64,000 bases of DNA from Candidatus Bathyarchaeota archaeon. Its GTDB lineage: Archaea > Thermoproteota > Bathyarchaeia > Bathyarchaeales > Bathycorpusculaceae. Below the pieces are notes generated by a model. It searched no databases and had not been told where the DNA came from. It saw only the letters and a list, made by a program, of their open reading frames with translations. Below, piece after piece: positions 28,645-38,969 of the stretch (the stretch's first letter is position 1; each line of letters starts with the position of its first letter). The position numbers and the translations under genes were made by a program. The DNA is taken from contig CAWABA010000011.1 of NCBI GenBank assembly GCA_963780185.1, positions 64,001 through 128,000 on the forward strand, given 5' to 3'.

Positions 28645-29835
28645 TTGGTGAAATGGATGAAAGTTCTGCTGAACGACGGGATGGATGAAGAAGGAGTAAA
28701 ACTCTTCAGAAACGCAGGAATCGAGACAGACAACCGTAAGCGCGACCCTAAAGCTCTTGTTGAGCAAATCGGGGAATTCGACGCTTTAGTGGTGCGAAGC
28801 GCAACAGTGGTGACAAGAGAGGTTATTGAAGCCGGCGTCAAAGGCAATTTGAAGGTCATCGGCAGAGCTGGAGTCGGCACAGACAACATAGACATCAAAG
28901 CGGCGGTGGAAAACGGTGTGATTGTGAAGTCAGCGCCGTTTGGGAACACCAACGCCACGGCGGAACTGGCTCTTGCCTTGATGTTAAGCGCTTCAAGAAG
29001 GGTGGCGCAGGGACATTACTCTCTGAAAAGGGGCGTTTGGAGAAAGAAGTGTTTTGAAGGCACCGAGCTTTCCGGCAAAACCTTAGGCATCATCGGCTGC
29101 GGAAGAATCGGGCAAAAACTAAGCGAGCTCGCAGTCGGGTTCAACATGGAAACAATAGGGTACGACCCTGTTGTCAAGGTCAGTTCAAGGATAAAACTTG
29201 TCTCGAAAGAAGAGGTTCTTTCACAGGCTGATTACGTAAGCATCCATGTGAACGGCAACGTAAATGTGATAGGTGAAAAAGAATTGTGGCTCATGAAGCC
29301 CACAGCATACTTAATCAACACTGCCCGCGGACACAACGTCGATGCGAAGGCACTGTATAAGGCGCTAAAAAGCGGCGGCATAGCTGGGGCAGCTCTGGAT
29401 GTTTTTGAGGATGAACCCGCACAGGAAGATGCCGAGTTTAGAAGTGTGCTGCGGCGGCTGGATAACATTGTTTTTACTCCTCATTTGGGGGCGTCCACGG
29501 TGGAGGCTCAGATGAAAACGTCGGTGGAAATGGCAACTGTCGTCATGGATTACCTGCTGCGGGGGGATTTCTCAAACGCGGTGAACGTTGGTGAAAGCAT
29601 CGAGTTCGAGGAAAAGCCATTCTACCCATTGTTTGTTTTTCACGTTGATAAACCAGGCATGTTCGCCAAGATCGACAAGGTGCTTGCCGACAACGGAGTA
29701 AACATCAGGGAGAACCCTTCTAGGCAAATCGGGGAGGGATGCGCCATCGCCATCTACCTCGTGCATCAGAGAGTGGGGCAAGCCGTCATAGACGAATTAA
29801 ACAAGCTTGAAGGCGTCATCAGAGCCCAAAGCTAA
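28645..29835 (+). CDS. serA: D-3-phosphoglycerate dehydrogenase with C-terminal ACT domain
   Basis: RAGVGTDNID, GIIGCGRIG, INTARG, TPHLGAST, DKPG ACT. Confidence 0.88.
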   Translation: MVKWMKVLLNDGMDEEGVKLFRNAGIETDNRKRDPKALVEQIGEFDALVVRSATVVTREVIEAGVKGNLKVIGRAGVGTDNIDIKAAVENGVIVKSAPFGNTNATAELALALMLSASRRVAQGHYSLKRGVWRKKCFEGTELSGKTLGIIGCGRIGQKLSELAVGFNMETIGYDPVVKVSSRIKLVSKEEVLSQADYVSIHVNGNVNVIGEKELWLMKPTAYLINTARGHNVDAKALYKALKSGGIAGAALDVFEDEPAQEDAEFRSVLRRLDNIVFTPHLGASTVEAQMKTSVEMATVVMDYLLRGDFSNAVNVGESIEFEEKPFYPLFVFHVDKPGMFAKIDKVLADNGVNIRENPSRQIGEGCAIAIYLVHQRVGQAVIDELNKLEGVIRAQS

Positions 29836-30295
29836 AGAAAAAGCTTCGAAACCCAGCCTAATTCGCCCTACCTGAACACTCTGACCCCGCCCAACCTCTA
29901 TTTTTGTTGTTACCGCCAGATACCACAAAGAAATATTAGCGGTTCCGAGAGTTTTTTCTTGTAGAAACCCATAAAGCCAGAACGTTTCCCGATTTCGAAT
30001 TTTTGTTGACACATTTACTGGCTTGGTGGGCGTGAGCACCATTGACGCAGATTAAAATTGCGGTTAAACAAATTTTCGACAATGTTGATTCAATCATATT
30101 TGATGCAGCTTTAACCCTGAACGCTATCGAAACTCGAGACAAACAGAAGGAATATGTAACCTAACCTGCATCAGAAATCGGGCGGAGTCTTTATTCTCAA
30201 ATCACTAAATGTATATTAGCTACTTGGTTTCCTCTGCTTATCAAAATTCAATGTTCTAACTTGGATAACTCTTTCCAAAAGAGGGGGCACGAAAT

Positions 30296-30835
30296 TTGGG
30301 ATGGAATTCAGAGCAAGAAAATAACGCTATTTGGGTAAGCAGAGAGTTTTCAAAATGCAGCGGCTGCCGAAAATGCGAAATCGCGTGCTCGCTTGAAAAA
30401 GAAAACAAGATTTGGCCTGAGGCTTCTAGGGTTCGCGTTTTCATGTTGGTTCCAGGCGCCGAGTTTCCTCATCTTTGTACTCAATGTGAAGATTACCCTT
30501 GCGTTGGAGCCTGCCCGTTTAAGGCTCTGGGCGTGAACAAGGATACCAGCGCCGTCACGGTTGATGCTGAAAAGTGCGTCGGCTGCGGAAAATGCATAGA
30601 CGCTTGCTCTGGGAAAGTCCCGCATATTCATCCCAAAACCAAGAAGATTTTGATTTGCGACCTCTGCGGCGGCGACCCAAAATGCGCCAAAATCTGCCAA
30701 GAAGGTGGCTGGAGCTGCCTGAAAGTGATTAAACGAGGAGACCGTGAGTTCAAGCTTTATTCCCGAACTCCTGAAGAAACTTCCAGAAACCTTGCGACAA
30801 AAATGTACGGCGAGAAAGCGGAGGAATTCACTTAA
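30296..30835 (+). CDS. 4Fe-4S dicluster electron-transfer subunit
   Basis: Four Cys clusters (CSGCRKCEIAC etc.); overlaps AOR start. Confidence 0.9.
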   Translation: MGWNSEQENNAIWVSREFSKCSGCRKCEIACSLEKENKIWPEASRVRVFMLVPGAEFPHLCTQCEDYPCVGACPFKALGVNKDTSAVTVDAEKCVGCGKCIDACSGKVPHIHPKTKKILICDLCGGDPKCAKICQEGGWSCLKVIKRGDREFKLYSRTPEETSRNLATKMYGEKAEEFT

Positions 30836-32703
30836 TGCTGGGTTACGCTGGAAAATTCCTAGAAGTTGACCTTTCAAACTCAAGCTTCAAAGACACAGTG
30901 CTTCCTGAAGAATGGCTAAGGGACTACATGGGCGGCAGAGCGCTTGCAGCAAAAATTTTAAGCGAAAGACTGATTCATAATTGGGAAAAAGTGGATCCTT
31001 TAGGCTCTGAAAACCTGCTGTTTTTCATGACAGGCCCCTTCCAAGGTTATTTTCCAGGCGGCAGAACATGCGTCACGGGTAAGTCGCCTCAAAGCAACGG
31101 TATGGTGGGGTCAACGGTCGGCGGCGAGTTCGCGGTGGAGCTTCGATGCGCAGGCTACGACGGCATAATCGTGTCGGGCAAATCTGAGAAACCTGTTTAT
31201 CTTTTCATTAAAGACTCAGATGTTGAGCTTAGGGACGCCGGCGGCGTTTGGGGCAAAGACTGTAAGCATACGGATGCGTTGTTGAACCGTGAATGCCGAC
31301 AGCTGCTAGCTGAACGTTACCCGCATGTTGGTGTTTGGAAGCAGCCAGCTAAACTCTACATTGGACCAGCCGGAGAAAAGATGGTTAGGCCATCGGCGGT
31401 CATAGCCAAATGGACTCATGCAGCAGGATACGGCGGCTACGGCGCGGTGATGGGGTCAAAAAATCTCAAGGCGGTCGCGGTTAAAGGGACAGGCCCGCTT
31501 CCTGAAGTGGCTGATTTGGAGAAGGTCAAGCAGATGATTGATGACGTCTGCAGAGGCTGCTACGGAAACGTGATGTGGCGCAGGTACGGCACAGGCGGAG
31601 GAGGCTACAGCTTCGGGGCAGAAACCAGTTCTGAGCCTATCCGCAACTGGCAGGAAGAGTGGCATGATCAGAGAAGCTACGGTGTGGACCAGTTTGAGAA
31701 TAAGGTTTGGGTTAAGCCAGCATGGAGCGATTTCGGTTGCCCGACTAACTGCTTGAAAATCAGCTGTATACGCGCAGGCAAATACAAAGGCGCCATAAGT
31801 GACAATCCTGACTATGAACTGCAGGCTTTTTTGGGTCCCAACTTAGGTTTGTTTACCCCTGAAGAAAATGTGTATCTTTCTTCGCTTATCGAGGACTTAG
31901 GAATGTGCGGCATCCAAGGCGGCAGCGTCTTAGGCTTCGCCGCTGAACTTTACCAAAGAGGCATCCTAACCACGAAGGATCTTGACGGCCTCGAGTTGAA
32001 ATGGGGAGACGCAGACGCCTTCGCCGTTTTAGCAAAGAAAATTGCGAATAGGGAAGGCATAGGCGACATCTTAGCGGAAGGAGTCCATCGGGCGGCAATT
32101 AAACTTGAAAAAATGAAAGGCAAAAACCTTCTACCCTACGCCGTCACCAGTAAAGGAATCAGCATCGGCGCTCATGGAATCCGAAGCGGCAGAGACTTTT
32201 CACGTGAAATAGGTTACGCGTGCAGTGTGCAGGGTGGCGACCACACTTCCATGACGGATTTGCCGATTGACGGATGGGGCAGCGAGATTTGGACGATTTT
32301 TAACGATTCAGCTGTTATGTGTCTTTTCACCTCTTTCAGCCTGTCACCCACGTTCCGATACGAATTCTACAACGCGCTCACAGGCCAAACCTTAACCCGC
32401 AAGGGGTGGCTTCACGGCGGCGGCATGAAAACGCTGCAGATTCAGCGGGCTCTTCTACTTCTAGGTGGACCCGACTTGACCTGGAACCCTAAAGCTGACG
32501 ACGACAACCCGGAGAGGTTCTATGAACCATTGCCTACGGGTCCCTGCAAGGGGCAAGCCGCGGACAGGGCAAGCGTTAGGGAAAAAGTGATGCAATATTA
32601 TGAGCAGGCAGGATGGGATCAAAACGGCGTGCCAACCTCGGAGATGCTGACTAAGCTCAAGCTGGAACACGTTGACGAGAGCTTGAAAAGACTACGGAGT
32701 TAA
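30835..32703 (+). CDS. Tungsten aldehyde:ferredoxin oxidoreductase family protein
   Basis: GYAGKFLEVDLS, KSPQ, IGPAGE, GAVMGSKNLKA, YYEQAGWD. Confidence 0.92.
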   Translation: MLGYAGKFLEVDLSNSSFKDTVLPEEWLRDYMGGRALAAKILSERLIHNWEKVDPLGSENLLFFMTGPFQGYFPGGRTCVTGKSPQSNGMVGSTVGGEFAVELRCAGYDGIIVSGKSEKPVYLFIKDSDVELRDAGGVWGKDCKHTDALLNRECRQLLAERYPHVGVWKQPAKLYIGPAGEKMVRPSAVIAKWTHAAGYGGYGAVMGSKNLKAVAVKGTGPLPEVADLEKVKQMIDDVCRGCYGNVMWRRYGTGGGGYSFGAETSSEPIRNWQEEWHDQRSYGVDQFENKVWVKPAWSDFGCPTNCLKISCIRAGKYKGAISDNPDYELQAFLGPNLGLFTPEENVYLSSLIEDLGMCGIQGGSVLGFAAELYQRGILTTKDLDGLELKWGDADAFAVLAKKIANREGIGDILAEGVHRAAIKLEKMKGKNLLPYAVTSKGISIGAHGIRSGRDFSREIGYACSVQGGDHTSMTDLPIDGWGSEIWTIFNDSAVMCLFTSFSLSPTFRYEFYNALTGQTLTRKGWLHGGGMKTLQIQRALLLLGGPDLTWNPKADDDNPERFYEPLPTGPCKGQAADRASVREKVMQYYEQAGWDQNGVPTSEMLTKLKLEHVDESLKRLRS

Positions 32704-32811
32704 AAACGCAACATTATTTTCGTGAAAATGCGTTCAAACGTGACACTTTCTCTTTGAAAGCGCCTTCCTCTTCATTTTTGCCCGATTGTATTAGGTCAAA
32801 ACGACGAAAGC

Positions 32812-33108
32812 TTAACCCATTATTGTTGGGTGAGCGTTCTCGTCCTTTATATGATGCATGACATGCAAGGCTAATCCAGTGGCGGCGCCAGCTGAAAGCC
32901 CAATAAGCAAATCGTTGAGGGGTGCATAGTTTTCAACCAACCCGAAAACGACTAGAACGTCGAAGACAACTGCTACCGCCAAGTAGCCTACGCACCACAT
33001 CTTCATACTCATTCCCCGCGGCTTTTCGATACCGATGCCGCCTAGAACCCCGAACATTATTAGGAAGCCCACTAACGCGTAGATCCAGTCGAAATTCAAT
33101 GTTTCCAC
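32812..33108 (-). CDS. Small membrane protein (3 TM)
   Basis: Three hydrophobic segments in 98 aa. Confidence 0.7.
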   Translation of the reverse strand: METLNFDWIYALVGFLIMFGVLGGIGIEKPRGMSMKMWCVGYLAVAVVFDVLVVFGLVENYAPLNDLLIGLSAGAATGLALHVMHHIKDENAHPTIMG

Positions 33109-33210
33109 CTGATAAACTGGCTATGTTAGGTTAGCGCCTTATTAGGTTATCGAAGAAAATGCATCGTTACATAACGTGGGCAACACCGCTAACCTTTTTT
33201 ACATCAACCC

Positions 33211-35325
33211 ATGAATCAATACCACCTCAAGGACGTGGATGCATTAACAAACTTCGACCCCAAACAATGCCATAGATGGGCGCACCTCCTGCTTCTTAGG
33301 CGGCAGAAACTTAACCAAGCGCTAGCCGCAATAGAGGAAGGAAATTTTGACTCTGCGAAGCGTCTCTCTTCCGAAATTTTCTCGGGAGTAAACGGCAGGC
33401 AAGCTGACCCTGGAATGGCAGGTTCGCTGCTTTACCATATGGCTATGGTTACAAAGATGGAGTCGGAGACCCAGATGCTGCTTAAAGAGTTGCAAGTTGG
33501 GTTACCCGACGTATCCCTCAAACTTGGCAGCATTTACAGTGACTTTCAAGCTGACGCCAAAGAGCTCACCAAAGAAATCACCCCTTTCACGTTAAACGTC
33601 CAAGAAATAGAGTCAACGGCACAGCTTAACAGCGCAGACAAAATCACCCTTTTCAACAAGCTGAAGAAAGAAAGAAAAACCGTTGAAAGCCGCATAGTCA
33701 ACAAGGATCCAAAGGCGTCTGAAGCCCTAAAAGAACTATTCACTTCCTGGGCGAACCAAGTCATAAGAATGCGGCTGATCCAAGAGTACGAAACGATTAA
33801 GGGTTTACTGGTCACGACTAAACTGGCGGAGGATTTCGGCTTAGCTGGGCTTGAAGCCGCGATGAAGCGTGTGCAGGAAAGGTTTGGTCAAGAAACTGTT
33901 GAAATTGCTCTTGACGTGACGCTTAAAGTTGGGATGCGAAGAGAAAAGCTCCAGTCAATCATGCTAAGCGACCACGTAATCAATTACACCATGAGCACTG
34001 AAACGCTGGATGGGCACATGGAGTTCATGAATTGCCCGATCTTTGGAAGCCACAAATACGCCGAGGAAAAATACGGCGTCAGCGCTGAGGCAGCATCACT
34101 TTTCTGCACTCACTTCTGCTTTGCCCACGCCAAAGCCATGCTGGACACCGTTCTCCCATTCCCATTTACCCTTTGGCAACCCAAACGAATAGCAACCCAC
34201 GGCAACTGCGAATATTACCTCAAACTGGCTTATTCCCCTCTTGCCAAAAAACCAGAACGGTTTGTTCCGCTTGTTATGTCCTGGAACGTAACCCGTGAAT
34301 GCAACATGAAATGCGCCCACTGCTACATTAACGCCACAGACAAAAAACTCGACAACGAATTGACCACGGAGGAAGCAAAGAACTTAATGGATCAAATCTA
34401 CCAGGTTAGCCGACCCCTCCTAATCCTTAGCGGCGGCGAACCACTTTTGCGCCCCGACATTTACGAACTCATCAAATACGGCTCAAAGATTGGTTTGAAG
34501 ATGGGTTTAGGAAGTAACGGAAGTCTCATCGACGAGGCTGCGGCTGCGAAACTTAAGGATGCGGGGATAACTACCGTTTCAATCAGTTTAGACTCCAACA
34601 TTGCGGCTCAGCATGACGAGTTCCGAGGAGTAGTGGGAGCTTGGCAAAAGGCAGTTGAAGCCTGCAAGTTCCTGAGAGAAAACAACGTGCTTGTTCAAGT
34701 AAACGCGACCTTAACCCAGCAAAACTACAATCAAATAGACGATATAATGTCGCTTGCTGAAAGCATCGGCGTGGAAAATTTCCACCTGTTCTTCCTTGTT
34801 CCAACCGGGCGAGGAACCAAATTAGCCGACATTTCCCCAGTGCAGTACGAGGAAATGATAACGAAAACTTTTGCGAAAACAGCCAATCACACGCTTAACG
34901 TAAGACCTTCATGCGCGCCCCAATTTATGCGGATCGCGAAAAGCATGGGTATGGATATGAGGCAGTGGATTCGCGGCTGCATAGCGGGACTGTACTACTG
35001 CCGCATTTATCCCAACGGCGACGTAACACCGTGCCCCTACTTGCCGATTAAGCTTGGAAACGTGCGTGAAAAAAGTTTCAAAGACATATGGTTCAACTCA
35101 GAAGTCTTCAAAGCCCTAAGAGACCCAAACATGCTCAAAGGCAAATGCGGCGCCTGCGAATACCGAACATTATGCGGCGGCTGCCGAGCCCGCGCCTACG
35201 GCTTATCCAACGACTTCATCGATTACTGCGGCGACCTCCATGAACCCACAGAACTAAAAAGAGACTACTTAACCGAAGACCCCTGGTGCGTTTACCAACC
35301 GAAAAACAACTCACAGAAACCTTAA
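33211..35325 (+). CDS. NirJ/Ahb-like radical SAM-SPASM protein with ~350-aa N-terminal extension
   Basis: WNVTRECNMKCAHC, SGGEP, SPASM GCIAG...CPY...CGAC...CGGCRARA...DPWC. Confidence 0.88.
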   Translation: MNQYHLKDVDALTNFDPKQCHRWAHLLLLRRQKLNQALAAIEEGNFDSAKRLSSEIFSGVNGRQADPGMAGSLLYHMAMVTKMESETQMLLKELQVGLPDVSLKLGSIYSDFQADAKELTKEITPFTLNVQEIESTAQLNSADKITLFNKLKKERKTVESRIVNKDPKASEALKELFTSWANQVIRMRLIQEYETIKGLLVTTKLAEDFGLAGLEAAMKRVQERFGQETVEIALDVTLKVGMRREKLQSIMLSDHVINYTMSTETLDGHMEFMNCPIFGSHKYAEEKYGVSAEAASLFCTHFCFAHAKAMLDTVLPFPFTLWQPKRIATHGNCEYYLKLAYSPLAKKPERFVPLVMSWNVTRECNMKCAHCYINATDKKLDNELTTEEAKNLMDQIYQVSRPLLILSGGEPLLRPDIYELIKYGSKIGLKMGLGSNGSLIDEAAAAKLKDAGITTVSISLDSNIAAQHDEFRGVVGAWQKAVEACKFLRENNVLVQVNATLTQQNYNQIDDIMSLAESIGVENFHLFFLVPTGRGTKLADISPVQYEEMITKTFAKTANHTLNVRPSCAPQFMRIAKSMGMDMRQWIRGCIAGLYYCRIYPNGDVTPCPYLPIKLGNVREKSFKDIWFNSEVFKALRDPNMLKGKCGACEYRTLCGGCRARAYGLSNDFIDYCGDLHEPTELKRDYLTEDPWCVYQPKNNSQKP

Positions 35326-35634
35326 ACCGCCAGCCCTTAAGTGAACGCCAAAAGCAAAACCGCTTGCGTCGGAAACTATTTAAGACATCAATGTCCTTCA
35401 GGAACTTTAATCGGCAGTTAAAACGGCTTTGGCAGCCCGCACGCTACTCTGTGACTGTGGACAGCCAAATCAAAAGGGTGATGGCGAGAAAAATGCGAGG
35501 AGTCCACAAAACAAGAAATTCAAGAATTGACCGCGAAGCAGCCTCTTTATTGAAAGAAGCAGCGAAGCAATGCAGTCAACGCTAAGGAGGCAATCAGGAT
35601 CTCAAATGGCAGCCTTTCTAGATCTTTCTGTGGG

Positions 35635-36813
35635 ATGTTTAAGCAAACATTACTTGCTTACTTGTTTGACATAGCGGGGCTAATCGCTGGTTTTCTGATT
35701 GCTTATCAACTTGACGTATTCGAGCATTACCCATGGGCTTTGGCGCTTTATCCTGCACTGATAAGTACAAGGATAATCAACGGGTTACTTAGCGGTCGCT
35801 TAAGCACGGGTCTGCATCTTGGAACAATCAATCCCCAGTTTATGGGAAACACCAAAATGTTCTACAAACTGATCCACGGAATCATTGTTTTAACTTTGGT
35901 AACAAGCCTAAGTGTCAGCGTCATATCGCTCCTTTTCGGCAACTTGTTTTTAGGCATCAGACTTGCCGATTTTCCAGCTATTCTCTCCGTCATCGTTTCC
36001 ACCTTGGCGATTGGTCTGCTTTTTTCCGTGGTCACAATTAAAGTTGCTTTCGTTTCTTTCAGGAAAGGATTAGACCCCGACATCATCGTCTACCCCGTTA
36101 TTGCGACGTCAGCCAGCATTTTCATAACACTCTGCTATGTTGGAGTGTTGAAGTTGGCGACCTTTTTACCCGGCGTCATATTGATTACAACTATCGGTTT
36201 TGTTCATGTCTTTTTGGTTTTGTTCTTGTTGTTAAGGGATATGAATGACCGTGAATTTCTAAGAACCATACGTGAATCCTTCCTGATGCTGATGCTTGTA
36301 GCCTTAATTGTCACTTTGACAGGAACAATTTTTGGAGGATTAACAAGGTTCACACAGAAAGAAATCGTTATGATTTACCCCGCTTTACTCACCGCTTACC
36401 CAGCCTTAATCAACAACATAAGCAATGTCGGCTCAGTTGTAGGCTCCACCGCCAACACAAAACTCGCTTTAGGCATGCTTAAACCAAACTTTAGCTCAAT
36501 AAAAAACCATGCCAAAAACATAACCAGCGCTTGGCTTGCGTCGTTTTTGATTTTCGTCGTTTTAGCGTTAGGCTCTTTAGCGATTAACCGCGTGTCCTCA
36601 TTGGATACCTTTGTTGATGTGATAGCGATAATCTGGGTGTCCAACGTAATAGCCGTCATAGGCATAGTCCTCGTATCCTACAGCATAGCGATTGAAACCT
36701 TCAGAAAAGGATTCAACCCTGAGAATTTCGTCATCCCACTTGAAACATCCTTGGCAACCATCATAATGTCAACGGCTCTGTTGGTGACCATGCTTCTGCT
36801 AACTTTGCATTGA
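35635..36813 (+). CDS. MgtE-family divalent cation transporter (duplicated membrane domain)
   Basis: GRLSTGLHLG, GLDPD, GFNPEN, many TM segments. Confidence 0.85.
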   Translation: MFKQTLLAYLFDIAGLIAGFLIAYQLDVFEHYPWALALYPALISTRIINGLLSGRLSTGLHLGTINPQFMGNTKMFYKLIHGIIVLTLVTSLSVSVISLLFGNLFLGIRLADFPAILSVIVSTLAIGLLFSVVTIKVAFVSFRKGLDPDIIVYPVIATSASIFITLCYVGVLKLATFLPGVILITTIGFVHVFLVLFLLLRDMNDREFLRTIRESFLMLMLVALIVTLTGTIFGGLTRFTQKEIVMIYPALLTAYPALINNISNVGSVVGSTANTKLALGMLKPNFSSIKNHAKNITSAWLASFLIFVVLALGSLAINRVSSLDTFVDVIAIIWVSNVIAVIGIVLVSYSIAIETFRKGFNPENFVIPLETSLATIIMSTALLVTMLLLTLH

Positions 36814-36844
36814 GGGCATAATTAAAATAATTCAAAACGGTATC

Positions 36845-38065
36845 TTGTTTGGAGACCTCTGGGCTATGCCAAAATTCGAAAAGATAGAGTACAAACCCAT
36901 CCCTGTCAGGAAACTTTTGCTTGAAATGAAAAACCTATCTGAACTAATGATTGACTTAGCCTACTCTTCAGCGCTCTACAACGATAAAGACCTCGCGGAA
37001 GACGTTTTGGTGCTTGAAAGCCATGTAGACACTTTAGCCTACCTTTTAGAAATGGAAATTATGGTGGCTTCAAGAAACCCGAAGGAAGCAGAGTCAATGG
37101 TTGGGATTTCCAGGGTAGCTTCCGCCACCAATAAGATTTCGGACGCAGCAGCGGACATCGCAGCAATCGTAACCCGCGACATTGGTGTTCATCAAATTGT
37201 GGGGAAGTTTTTTGAGCAAGTGGAAGAGCATTTGATGAAGGTAACTGTTAAGCCTAACTCAACGATAGTTAAGAAAACCATTGAGGAGCTTGAACTAGCC
37301 CCAACGATGGGTATTGACATAATTGCGATTCGCCGCAATAAAGATTGGATACTTAACCCGAAGAAGGAAGAAAAAATCTTTCAAGGCGACGTTTTAATCA
37401 CGCGTGGAGCCCCAACAGGGATTGAAGCGTTCAAAGACCTGGCGGAAGGGGAACTTGCTAAACTGAACGTTGAAGAACGCGCAAAATTCGAGGAAATCGG
37501 CTCCAGATTCGTCGAGCTTAAAGACACCTCAGAGTTGATGCTGGATTTAGCCTACTCAGCAGTCATGTTAAACAGCAAAGAGTTAGCTGAAGAAGTAGAA
37601 CGCCTAGAAGAGCAAGTTGATCTTTTACACACGGAATTTGAGTTACTTGCCCTCAAAAGTGACTTCAAAAAGGAGGAAGCCTCAGGGTTCCTCGGGTTGA
37701 TTAGACTAGGCGTTGCGACAGAAAAAATCGCTGATGCAGCCGCAGACATAGCGGAAGTTGTGCTGCGAGGCATTGAACCTCACCCAATCTTGAAGCTAAC
37801 AATTAGCGAGGCAGAGGAAACAGTGGCTCAAGCCTGCGTCACAGCGGATTCCGCGCTTGTGAACAAAACTTTGAAGGAAGCGCGGGTTCATGAAGGAACA
37901 GGCATGTGGGTTTTAGTGATTAAAAGAGGCGAGAAATGTCTGCGTCCCCGTGCTGATTCAAGGATCGAGGTTGGTGATGTGCTGGTTGCTTCAGGATACG
38001 CTGAGGGAGCTGACGATTTAAAGAAGCTTGCTTCCCCTACTCAATCATGCAGCATCGATAGTTAA
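36845..38065 (+). CDS. PhoU/TrkA-C tandem-repeat regulatory protein
   Basis: Repeated MKNLSELMIDLAYS / LKDTSELMLDLAYS and TrkA-C IIAIRR / VLVIKR. Confidence 0.88.
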   Translation: MFGDLWAMPKFEKIEYKPIPVRKLLLEMKNLSELMIDLAYSSALYNDKDLAEDVLVLESHVDTLAYLLEMEIMVASRNPKEAESMVGISRVASATNKISDAAADIAAIVTRDIGVHQIVGKFFEQVEEHLMKVTVKPNSTIVKKTIEELELAPTMGIDIIAIRRNKDWILNPKKEEKIFQGDVLITRGAPTGIEAFKDLAEGELAKLNVEERAKFEEIGSRFVELKDTSELMLDLAYSAVMLNSKELAEEVERLEEQVDLLHTEFELLALKSDFKKEEASGFLGLIRLGVATEKIADAAADIAEVVLRGIEPHPILKLTISEAEETVAQACVTADSALVNKTLKEARVHEGTGMWVLVIKRGEKCLRPRADSRIEVGDVLVASGYAEGADDLKKLASPTQSCSIDS

Positions 38066-38159
38066 CCTCTGTATTTGGGATTCATCAACACTATAAAGCA
38101 GCAAACACAATCTCTAAACACACCAGCTTATCATTCGCCGAGACGAAGAAGGAAAACAA

Positions 38160-38489
38160 ATGGTTACCTGTCCGAATCCTTCATGTGCAAGAGTTTTCGC
38201 TATACCACTCAAAACCTTGAATTTACAGGATTCAACGGGACCCTACCCAGCTTGCCCATTCTGCTTAACGCGAATAGTACCAGAAATTAGCAAACCTGAA
38301 ATGCAAGATGAATGTCGCCCAGCTAAAGAAAAAAAGGATAAAAACGGCAAGGAAAAGCCTCAAGCCTGCCATTATCACCTTGGTTACTTAAGTGAAAGGA
38401 AAGACAAAGAGCAAATTCCAGAGGACTGCATCGTTTGCCGAGTTCTCGTAGATTGCATGCTGCAAAAAATGAGAAATAGTCCAACATAA
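38160..38489 (+). CDS. Cys-rich zinc-binding hypothetical protein
   Basis: CPNPSC, CPFC, CHYHLGYL, CIVC..C. Confidence 0.75.
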   Translation: MVTCPNPSCARVFAIPLKTLNLQDSTGPYPACPFCLTRIVPEISKPEMQDECRPAKEKKDKNGKEKPQACHYHLGYLSERKDKEQIPEDCIVCRVLVDCMLQKMRNSPT

Positions 38490-38556
38490 ACGGCAAAACA
38501 AGATGAAGTTAGAGATTTAAAAAAAACAAAGAATTGTTTTTTAGAAAAGTGAATTT

Positions 38557-38889
38557 TTATTTCTTTTTCTTAGCGGGTTCGGTGGCAGGCGTTTCTGTTG
38601 ATGCTGTTCCTTCTGCTTTAGGCTCTTCTTTCTTCTCTTCTATTTCTGTTGTGATTTCTTCGATTGGCTTCGGAGGCGGTGTTGTTGCCATTGTCCAGCC
38701 TATCCATGCACCGATCGCTAGAATAGCGATGAATGCTATAGAAACAAGAATCAATACTGCATCTAGCCGAGCGTTGGTCGTATTCAAGCTAAACAAGCCT
38801 GGATCAGCCACTAAAACTAGGTAAGCTACAGCAACTATAACGCAAACAGCGAGTATTGCTCCACCTATTCCTTGATCTTTGCTAACCAT
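38557..38889 (-). CDS. Conserved 2-TM archaeal membrane protein
   Basis: MVSKDQGIG, WIGWTMATTPPPKPIEEI. Confidence 0.8.
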   Translation of the reverse strand: MVSKDQGIGGAILAVCVIVAVAYLVLVADPGLFSLNTTNARLDAVLILVSIAFIAILAIGAWIGWTMATTPPPKPIEEITTEIEEKKEEPKAEGTASTETPATEPAKKKK

Positions 38890-38969
38890 TTAAGTCACCA
38901 CTTTATAGCCATGTATATTCTCAAACAATTTAAAGTTTGTCATGCTTTTGAGATTGCGCTTGCTTGTTT

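Noticed and set aside
35286-35585. 99-aa basic ORF between the radical SAM gene and mgtE
   Set aside because: No recognisable motif and it overlaps the upstream gene; cannot be supported as a gene, though not excluded.
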